From NCBI RefSeq assembly GCF_006345805.1, contig NC_043001.1:18538001-18602000 (forward strand): a stretch of DNA of 64,000 bases, given 5' to 3'. A model generated the notes under the pieces. It did not search any database. It saw only the letters and a list, made by a program, of their open reading frames with translations, and was not told the DNA's origin. This document shows positions 53,840 to 64,000 of this stretch, piece after piece (the first letter of the stretch is position 1; each line of letters starts with the position of its first letter). Source of the stretch: Octopus sinensis (taxonomy: Eukaryota). The translations under genes were made by a program, and so were the position numbers.

Positions 53840-54385
53840 TCATGGGAAAATAGTGAAACAGACTAAAATATTTATGAAATATAGTGGATGAAATACTTGA
53901 ACTAGGAAAAGACATTGCAATCAGTCAAGCTATCACCTTTGATAGGACAGAATCTATTTTTGTTGACCCGAAGGAGAAATGAGGAGATGAAATATTTGCA
54001 AGTACTAACGCTTGGTTGGTAGGTTATAAGGGTCGCCCTAAGTGTCATGGTAAGGCGTCAAGTGTAGATACCGAAGTAGCAAAAGTATTCTCTGTACACA
54101 TTGTACAGAGTAGTGAAATATCCCAAGACTCTTATTTTCATATTGATAGGACAGTGTTATTATATTGGAAGAAAATGGCTTCAAGAATCTTTTTTATAAA
54201 AGGCCGTAGTAGAATTAATGGCTACCAATAACAAACAGACACCTTCTAGTTGGTGGCAATGTTTCAAGAAGATTTCAACTGAATCCTCTGTTGGTCTATC
54301 ATTCGCAAATTATGCGTGCATTGAAAGGGTTTAAGCAGTTGTCTTTCTATTGGATGTCGAATAATAAAACGCATGCACTCACACG
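53840..54385 (+). pseudogene. Decayed Tigger/pogo DDE transposase fragment
   Basis: HGKASSVDTEVAKVF, DRTVLLYWKKMASRIF, DF-KLNPLLVYHSQIMRALK and YWMSNNK align to Tigger1-type GEAASAD, DETAFYWKKMPSRTFI, GDFKLKP.LIYHSENPRALK and WNNKAW. Confidence 0.8.
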
Positions 54386-54521
54386 TATATTTACTTACAT
54401 GCATACATCTTTTTTTCTTTTACTTGTGTCAATCATTGGACCGTGGCAATGCTGGGGAACCGCCTTAAAGGGTTATAGTCGAACGAATTACTCCCAGCGC
54501 TTATTTTTTAAGTCTGGTAAC

Positions 54522-54877
<356 letters not shown>

Positions 54878-55114
54878 TGAGTATGTGTACGCAGGCGCGT
54901 GCGTTTATGTGTAAGGCTAACTTCCGTACACATTCATTTTACCAAAGTCCACAAACAAGATGTCGGTCAACTCAAGACTATGTTAGAAAACTCTTTGCTA
55001 AGGAGTCGAGCGTCGTACATTGGGGTTGAACTGGGAACCACATAGTTGTGAAGCGAACTCTGCACACACCTATGCAAGGACTTTGTTTTATCAAGAACTG
55101 TTTTAACAGGTTTC

Positions 55115-55521
55115 CCAATGCATTATTTTGTCTGGCTTCACCGTGTCACAAATGCGGAGATTCTGAACAGGACGAGGAATAATGCAAGAAATTGTAGCAG
55201 AGCGTCAATCTCGCCTGGTTGGCCACATTCTCCATCTAATTAGTTTACGTCATTCGAAAGCAGCCATTGGGTTTGATAGCACCTGACGGGAGGCGTAAGA
55301 AGGGCAGTCCGAAGATCACTCAACGGCGGACATTTCAAGATGATCTGAAGCCAGTCAACGGGTGCAGGAGTGGCTGTGTGGTAAGTAGCTTGCTTACGAA
55401 CCGCATGGTTCCGGGTTCAGTCCCACTGCGTGGCACCTTGGGCAAGTGTCTTCTACTATAGCCTCGGGCCGACCAAAGACTTGTGAGTGGATTAGTAGAC
55501 GGAAACTGAAAGAAGCCCGTC

Positions 55522-55597
<76 letters not shown>

Positions 55598-55915
55598 GTA
55601 TATGTATGTATGTGTGTGTATGTTTGTGTGTCTTTGTGTCCCCACAACATCACTTGACAACCGATGCTGGTGTGTTAACGTTCCCGTAACTTAGCGGTTC
55701 GGCAAAATATACCGATAGAATAAATACTAGGCTTACAACGAATAAGTCCTGGGAGTCGATATGCTCGACTAAAGGCGGTGCTCCAGCATGGTCGCAGTCA
55801 AATGACTGAAACAAGTAAAAGAGTAAAAGACTACTACGTTGAATGGACGTGTAAAAGCAGCAGCCGACCGCACACGGTGGACGAAGCTCGAGCAGCACAG
55901 GCGGACATAGAACTA
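55115..55915 (+). mobile_element. RTE-clade LINE 3' fragment interrupted by a SINE (55361-55830)
   Basis: SWLHRVTNAEILNR...RLVGHIL...APDGRRKKGSPKITQRRTFQDDLK before the SINE and KAAADRTRW after it, matching the RTE ORF C-terminus. Confidence 0.7.
55361..55830 (+). mobile_element. SINE family B inserted in the RTE fragment
   Basis: Full-length copy; the RTE reading frame resumes after it. Confidence 0.9.
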
Positions 55916-57186
55916 AATCATGTTCTCCATTGCCAAATTTAACCGTGTGCTGTTTGGCCATGTTTTATCATATACTCTATCTCGTCTCAACAGAGAACGA
56001 ATGTAGCCTTTTGATAACACTAGAAAATAGTTCTACAAAGAAATTACGTTGCTAATGTCTCCTAGCATATAAAAAGCATATAAAATCTGAGCAGTGTTGC
56101 AGTGTTTTTGAAACGTGTTATAGATATTTAACTATGTGTCCATACCGATATAATGTTTTTACTAATACACCTTAGTTTTTATTTTAGACAGAGATTTAAA
56201 TGTTGTTGGAGATAAGATACGATATCTTTATTAAAGTACAAACGGGGTGACACCAAAATAATAAACTTTTCAACTAGCTTGAGCTTCCACTATACACTGG
56301 GGACTGGTTGCGTGTAAGAGTGTATAGAAAGACTGCCCCCTTTTGACACATGTATAGAAAACTAATATAAATACACGCACAGATACATATACACACATAT
56401 ATAGCAAAGGAGAGAGTAAAGGAATAATAAAATGATTTGATGTACACTCAAATATATTTATCCACATACAGAATAATATAAATATCTGTGTGTTCTTACG
56501 AAAAAGCCTTCATTGTCAGCGTATTTCCTCAGACGACTTCTGTATTGGAAAACAAATCTTTATGACACCATTATATATGTAATCTATTGAATATTCTATG
56601 AAACACGTATTCACACAACGAAAAACTTGCACGCACACACATACATTCGCATACATATCTCGTTGTAAAGCGATACCAACCTCTCAGTAAAACCAGCAAC
56701 CAACTAAAGCTATTTCGTTTGTTCTCTTGCATTATTAACTCGCGATTCATGTGGACATTCGAATGATTACATTGAGACTATATTTACTGTAAAGAAATTT
56801 CCAGTCGACTTCTCATTGTTATTATAACGATCATACACTTTTCCATAAAAAAGCCTCTATTTGTTTTTGCCAGCAGAATAGCGAAGACAGCAGCAAAATA
56901 TTGGTAGATGGTCGAACAATATAAACGTGCATTACATGACCCCATGATGAAGGAATTCGCTTCACAATTTCTCTATTATAAGCTTCTTAATAAAAAAATC
57001 TGAAAGGGGACATTGAGTAAAGTAAGATCTTTGGAGACTTCTTTTCTGAGCGTTTTGGAAGAATATATTAAAATTTCAATGTCACGGTTATGTCAATGAG
57101 GTCTGTTGTCCGAAATAACCGATTGTTGATATATGTTTTTATCTTTTACATGTTTCAGTCATCTGACTGTGGCTATACAGGAGCGT

Positions 57187-57672
57187 GTATGTATGTATGT
57201 ATGTATGTATGTATGTATGTATGTATGTATGTATGTATGTATGTATGTGCGTATGTATATATGTATGTATGTATGTATGTGCGTATGTATATATTGTATG
57301 TATGTATGTATGTATGTATGTATGTATGTATGTATGTATGTATGTATGTATGTGTGTGTGTGTATGTATGTATGTATGTATGTATGTATGTATGTGTGTG
57401 TGTGTGTATGTATCTGTGTGTATGTATGTATGTATGTATGTATGTATGTATGTGTGTGTGTATGTATGTAGTGTTGTGTGTTATGTATGTATGTATGTAT
57501 GTATGTGTGTGTATGTATGTATGTATGTATGTATGTATGTGTGTGTGTATGTATGTATGTGTGTGTATGTATGTATGTATGTATGTATGTATGTGTGTAT
57601 GTATGTATGTATGTGTGTGTATGTATGTGTGTATGTATGTATGTATGTATGTATGTATGTGTGTATGTATGT
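57187..57672. repeat. (GTAT)n/(GT)n microsatellite
   Basis: Direct inspection. Confidence 0.97.
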
Positions 57673-57886
57673 AAAGTAACTCCCTGCTCTTTAACTCTTT
57701 TACTATTTTACTTGTTTCAGTCATTTGACTGCGGCCATGTTGGAGTACCGCCTTTAGTCGAGCAAATCTTTGTAAGCCTAGTACTTATTCTATTGGCCTC
57801 TTTTACCGAACCGCTAGGTTACGGGGACATAAACACATGTTGGGGGTGGGTAGGTGGACACACACAGATACACAAATACACCCCCC

Positions 57887-57930
<44 letters not shown>

Positions 57931-58226
57931 TATACATATATACTTATATATGACGGTCTTCTTTCAGTCTTCTTTCATGGCCGAAGTCAAATGACTGAAA
58001 CAAGTAAAAGAGTAAAAGAAGATATATATTGTGACCCCCTTCGGTCATGAATGACCATGGGATTGCACGTAGAAAGTTACCCTCCAAGGAACAAGTCTGG
58101 GCAAGGTTGTTTATGAAAGGCTAGCAGTCGCCCATGCATACCAACCTCTCCTCTCCACGCCACTGATGTTATCCAAGGAAAAGGCAAAGGGGCCGATACA
58201 GCTTGGCACCAGTGACGTCGCAGCTC

Positions 58227-58547
58227 ATTTATTAACGTGCAAGTGGCTGAGCACTCCACAGACACGTTTACCCATAACGTAGTTCTCGGGGAGATTCAGC
58301 GTGACACAGAGTGTGACAAGGCTGGCCCTTTGAAATACAGATACAACAGAAACAGGAAGAAAGAGTGAGAGAAAGTTGTGGTGAAAGAGTACAGCAGGGT
58401 TCACCACCACCACCACCTGCCGGAGCATCGTGGAGCTTTAGGTGTTTTTGCTCAATAAACACTCACAATGCCCGGTCTGGGAATCGAAACCACGATCCTA
58501 CGACTGCGAGTCCACTGCCCTATCCACTGGGTCAATGTGCTTCCACA
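58227..58547 (-). mobile_element. SINE family C, tail type i, 3'-truncated and abutting another unclassified repeat (58030-58226)
   Basis: Aligns with 19269-19590. Confidence 0.85.
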
Positions 58548-58616
58548 CCAATCAACTGTACTCCTCTGTTTTTCCCTCCTCTGAGTTTGTACTTGAAATC
58601 AATATTTAGAAAGAGG

Positions 58617-58990
58617 AAGGCGGCGAGCTTGCAGAGACGTTAGCACGCCGGGCGAAATGCGTAGCCGTTATGTTCTGAGTTCAAATTCCGCCGAGGTCGA
58701 CTTTGCCTTTCATCATTTCGGGGTCGATTAAATAAGTACCATTTACGCACTGGGGTCGATGTAATCGACTTAATACGTTAGTCTGTCCTTGTTTGTCCCC
58801 TCTGTGTTTAGCCCCTTGTGGGTAGTAAAGAAATAGGTATGTCGTCTGCCGTTACGTTCTGAGTTCAAATTCCGCCGAGGTCGACTTTGCCTTTCATCCT
58901 TTCGGGGTCGATAAATTAAGTACCAATCAAGTACTTGGGGTCGATGTGATCGACTTTCAGGCCTTGTGCAGGTAATAGAAAGGATTATTT
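58617..58990 (+). mobile_element. SINE family A, two units with an older-type 3' end
   Basis: Family A head and unit; ATTTAGAAAGA duplicated at both flanks. Confidence 0.85.
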
Positions 58991-59259
58991 AGAAAGAAGA
59001 GGGAAGCGATGTTCGCCCTCGATCATCCCATCCGTATCAACTGTACTTTTTGCGTTTCCAAGGCCGATATAATAAGTACCAAGTAGCTGCAAAGTATCAT
59101 TCACACTAATATACTCTCCGAACTATAAAAAACGTAACTTTGAATCAATATCAGAATCGTTATTTACAAATTGATAGACAGAGCTAAGACTTGGCTTAGT
59201 GGTAAGTGTATTTGGCCCACGATATATTGGTCGTGGGTTCAATTCCCGGCATAAAGTAT

Positions 59260-59658
59260 CTTACTATTTTACTTGTTTCAGTCATTTGACTGTGGCCATG
59301 CTGAAGCACCGACCCCAGGACTTATTCTTTGTAAGCCTAGTACTTATTCTATCGGCCTCTTTTGCCGAAGCGCTAAGTTACAGGGACGTAAACACACCAA
59401 CATCGGTTGTCAAGCGATGTCGGGGGGACAAACACAGACACACAAACATACACACGCACACACACACACAGATATATATATATATATATATATATATGAC
59501 GGGTATCTTTCAGTTTCTGTCTACCAAATCCACTCACAAGGCTTTGGTCGGCCCGAGAATATAGTAGAAGACAGTTGCCCAAGGTGCTACGCAGTGGGAC
59601 TGAACCCGGAACCATGTGGTTGGTAAGCAAGCTACTTACCACACAGCCACTCCTGCGC
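59260..59658 (-). mobile_element. SINE family B
   Basis: Full-length copy. Confidence 0.9.
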
Positions 59659-60019
59659 CTGTAACTTGAGCAAGGTACTTTATTTCACGCTGCTCCAATC
59701 CACTCAGGTGACCAAAACGAAATGTACCTGTAATTCAAAAAAGGTCAGTCTTGTCACATTCAGTATCCCGCTGAATCTCCCCGAGAACTACGTTAAGGGT
59801 AGACGTGTTTGTGGAGTACTCAGCCACTTGCACGTTAATTTCACGAACAGGCCGTTCCATTGATCGGATTAACTGGAAGCCTCGTCGTCGCAACCGACGG
59901 AGTGCCGTAAATTTCGAAAGTGTCCCTGACACTTCCTACGGGCGTAGCGTAGTGGATAAAGGCGCTGACTTATACATGCACAGATATATAAGCATATAAA
60001 ATAATTTCAAATCTATAAT

Positions 60020-60128
60020 ACATGCACACACAGACACAAAAGCACGAACAGAACTACAAACACACACACACACACAAACACACACGCACACACACACACA
60101 TGCACACGCACACACACACATACACACA

Positions 60129-60179
<51 letters not shown>

Positions 60180-60505
60180 CACACACACCACATACACACA
60201 CATACATACACCACACACACACACACACAAAAGCACGAACAGAAATACACACACACACACACACACATACACACATACATGCACACACATACACATACAC
60301 ACACATACACACACACACATACACACATTCACGCACGCACACACACGCACACACACATACACACACACACACGCACACACACACCACACACACCACATAC
60401 ACACACGCACGCACACACACACACATACACTCCACACACACGAACACACAAACACACACACACCACACCCACACACACACACATACACACACACACGCAC
60501 ACACG
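60020..60505. repeat. (CA)n/(CATA)n microsatellite
   Basis: Direct inspection. Confidence 0.97.
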
Positions 60506-60848
60506 TCTATATCGTTCCTGTAGATGTATGTCAGTGTCTATATTTATAAACGTATACATTATTCACGCGTACGTCGTTATACATACGAACGACAAGTCTG
60601 AACATGTCAGCTGATCTTGTAATTCCCGCCTAAGAAATGCTTAGGTACATAGCAAACCACATAATTGCCGATGTTTTTTTATGTACGCTTTCATTATGTC
60701 CCAATAGCAAACGGTAAAACTCTCTGACGTAAATGCAACGGACGATCGTTATTTGTTTTTTCACATGCAAAGAAACGAAAACATAACAAAACTCTTGTCT
60801 CACCCAACCTGTTATATCATCCGTGAAAGGTGAGTGTTTATTACTTAA

Positions 60849-61232
60849 CTAGCAGTATCGCCCGGCGTTGCTCGGGTTTGTAAGGGAAATAACTATAAAG
60901 CATTTTTAGAGAGTTATAGCCAAAAAATAGCAAAAAAAGGGAAAAAAAAAATGATGGCAAATTTTTTTGAGAGTTAAAAAGGTCGAGTTGCGTCCCCATG
61001 ACCAGTCTGTGGTTTGTGTTTCTGATTCTCGATCCCATGTCGAATTTATCGATTTTTTTCAGAACTGGGGGAACTTTTCAAAATTTTCGGTGCGTTAGTT
61101 TTGAATTATGACATTGGGCTATGTGTGTGTCAAGTTTCATCAGAATCGGTTGAAAGCCATGGTCAAGGTGAGGGTACAACCTGACAGACACACAGACACA
61201 CACACAGACAAACTGCCGTTTATATAGAGAGA
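60849..61232 (-). mobile_element. Non-autonomous Helitron (third interior type)
   Basis: On the minus strand A|TCTCTCTATATA start and CTAG|T end. The 3' about 110 nt is shared with 7271/14490 but the 5' interior differs. Confidence 0.8.
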
Positions 61233-62062
61233 GATGACCAATGCACTAGAAACATTCTAAGGAGTAGTTTAACGTATGAAAAAACCCTTAAATATTTCGA
61301 GCTTAAAGGGAATTTCGACGAGCCACACGAAGGGAGCTGCTGTTCCTAATTCTTATGGATCTAGAGTTGCTGGACCTGTTGGATGCAGTAAATCGAACTC
61401 TCACGTGATAACAAAAGGAAAGGACATGTATATGCGTAAGGAGAGAAGATATATAAGTTACGGGGACGTAAACAACACTAGTTATCAAGCTGGTGGTGGT
61501 GGGGGACAAACATACACGTGCGCGCATGCACGACGGGCTTCTTTCAGTTTCTGCCTACCAAATCCCCTCTCAAGGCTTTAGACGGCCTGAGGCTAGATTA
61601 GAAAACAGACCTAAAATGCCTCGCAGTTGGACAGAACCCAGAACTATGTGGTTTGGAAGCGAACTTCTTATTACAAAATCCCCCCAACGCCTGTTATCCA
61701 CTGTTCTCCATATTGGAGGCGACACATCTGGTCAAGGCATGTGGCTGGCGGCGGGTATTTGTCGTTGACAAGGCTCGACAAGGCCGAACTGCATCTGACA
61801 TTCCCGCTAGCCGCTGCAGGGTCGAATTTTCGTCTTCCTTTGAAATATATTGCGGTTTTAACACAGCATATCCTTGAGAGTTTTTACCTCCGACGATAAC
61901 CACAGCAACCTGCCAGTTAACGGTGTGTGTACATTAAGTATGATGCGTAGATGACTGTTTTAGTTTGATACTGCTTCAGTGGCATATACCTGAATATTTT
62001 CTTTTATATGTTCCATTACTATGTATATATAAGCGCAGATGTAGCTGTGTGAGATTGACGAG

Positions 62063-62425
62063 TTGGTAGAAACGTTAGCACGCTAGGCGAAATGCTTAGC
62101 GGTATTTCGTTTGCCGTTACGTTGTGAGTTCAAATTCCGCCGAGGTCGACTTTGCCTTTCATCCTTTCGTGGTCGATAAATTAAGTATCAGTTTTGTACT
62201 GGGGTCGATGTAATCGACTTAATCCGTTTGTCTGTCCTTGTTTGTCTCCTCTATGTTTAGCCCCTTGTGGGTAATAAAGAAATAGGTATTTCATTCTGAG
62301 TTCAAATTCCGCCGAGGTCGACTTTGCCTCTCATCCTTTCGGGGTCGATAAATTAAGTATCAGTTAATCCCTTTGTCTGTCCTTCTTTGTCCCCTCTATG
62401 TTTAGCCCCTTGTGGGCAATAAGAA
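62063..62425 (+). mobile_element. SINE family A, two units (second internally deleted), nested in a family-B-like head
   Basis: GCAGATGTAGCTGTGTG precedes and AAGAAGTTTGCTTCCAAACCGCATGG follows, i.e. a split B-type tRNA-like head. Confidence 0.8.
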
Positions 62426-63238
62426 GAAATAAGAAGTTTGCTTCCAAACCGCATGGTCCGGGTTCGGTCACACTGGGGAGGCGGGTAGTTGATGATATCT
62501 TTCTAGTATTGGCACAAGGTCTGAAATTTGTGGGGAGAGGGTAAGTCGATTACATCAATCCCAATGCTAAACTAGTACTTATTTTATCAACCCCGAAAGG
62601 ATGAAAGGCCAGGTCAACCTCAGTGGAATTTGAACTCAGAACGTAAAGACGGACGAAATGCCGCTAAGCATTTTTCCCGACATGATAACGATTCTCCCAG
62701 CTCGTCACCTTCGAATAGTTGATAATACTGATACGAGAACATTACTAGTACTATATTTTATCGATTCCAGAAATATGAAAAAAGGAAAGTTAACGTCAGC
62801 TGTATTTGAACTCAGGGCGTATAGGACAGTGCATAAAATACGAAAACACCCTTCTTTCCGACGTCCCTATAATTCTTTCAACTATACATGCTCTTCTAAA
62901 TTCATCTGTCCTCGACTATATCGGATATTTAGTTCCAAAATTCACAATTTTAAATGAATCTGTGATAAATAGATAATAGAACTTGGGGGAAAATATGCTT
63001 CGTTCCGAGACCCTAAATTAACCTGAACATTGTGGATGGTCCTTGGGGCACGCTTTTGCGGTCCAAGAAGAATCTTTCATCGTCAAATCGTCGTATCAGG
63101 GATCAATACGTGACAAATGCAACACATTTAGCATACCGTATCCGTGTTATTCTAGATCAGTGATGAAGGAATAAGTGATAAACGGGGATAGATGTAGTCT
63201 AGTATACACAGACAGACAGACACACAGACAGACAGACA

Positions 63239-63279
<41 letters not shown>

Positions 63280-63606
63280 TGTTTGAATTCGGAAGTACTG
63301 GTCTTTGGATATATGCTGTTTGATGTCGCTTGGTCAAATACGTATGTTAACTATCAGTGCTCTCAAATTTAAAATCTTCAAATACTGTACTGATGATTTT
63401 ACATTTTTCACATCTCTCTAACTCCGAAACGCGTATATAGTTAATCAGAGCCGGGTAGATTCGTTATTTTTTTCTCTTTACCTGCGTGAGTTGCTGAGTA
63501 TTGCTGTTTGGGAGATATCTTATGGTAGTAAAATAGTAGTTTAACTGCTATTTCTAAATTTCGGTATATGGTGAAGCATATTTCGCTAATTATAGAATTT
63601 ATATAT

Positions 63607-64000
63607 ATTACTCTTTGCTCTTACTCTTTTACTTGTTACAGTCATTTGACTGCGGCCATGCTGGAACACCACCTTTAATCGAACAACTAGACCCCGGGAC
63701 TTACTTTTTGTAAGCCCAGTACTTATTCTATCGGTCTCTTTTGCCGAACCGCTAAGTGACGGGGACAAAAACACACCAGCAATACTAGGGGGACAAACAC
63801 AGACACACAAACACACACGCATATATACACATATATACGACGGGCTTCTCTCAGTTTCCGTCTACCAAATCCACTCACAAGGCTTTGGTCGGCCCAAAGC
63901 TATAGTAGAAGACAGTTGCCCAAGGTGCCACGTAGTGGGACTGAATCCGGAACCACGTGGCTGGTAAACAAGCTAATTACCACACAGCTACTCCTGCGAG
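63607..64000 (-). mobile_element. SINE family B (partial copies also near 800-1090, 27478-27745, 49240-49462, 57692-58020, 61455-61670)
   Basis: Near-full-length copy reaching the window end. Confidence 0.9.

Noticed and set aside
60770-60840. Plus-strand AAG|GTGAGT donor suggesting an antisense exon
   Set aside because: No convincing coding frame or partner exon; such motifs arise by chance in 64 kb.

Overview
Eukaryotic, AT-rich, repeat-dense genomic DNA. The tRNA-derived SINE families and microsatellite load suggest an octopus (inference from repeat content, not from a search). One host gene crosses the window on the minus strand: three internal coding exons (51081-50873, 40297-40056, 1683-1454) of a Na+/Ca2+ exchanger (SLC8/NCX-type). 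They splice with canonical GT-AG sites and matching phases into 227 contiguous codons covering Calx-beta domain CBD1 and most of CBD2. The 51081-50873 exon is absent from the ORF track and was found by reading the reverse strand. The two introns between them are 10,575 bp and 38,372 bp; the remaining exons lie outside the window or were not recognised. Everything else is intronic: a near-full-length CR1-type LINE (about 32440-37082) whose ORF1 has a Myb/SANT-like domain plus two CCCH zinc fingers, three SINE families in many copies with resolvable target-site duplications (TSDs), non-autonomous Helitrons, Tigger/pogo, RTE, R4/Dong and Penelope-like remnants, several long inverted repeats, a candidate hammerhead ribozyme in the host-transcript orientation, and long compound microsatellites. 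Most ORF-track entries are microsatellite or SINE artefacts. No rRNA, genuine tRNA or CRISPR array was found.
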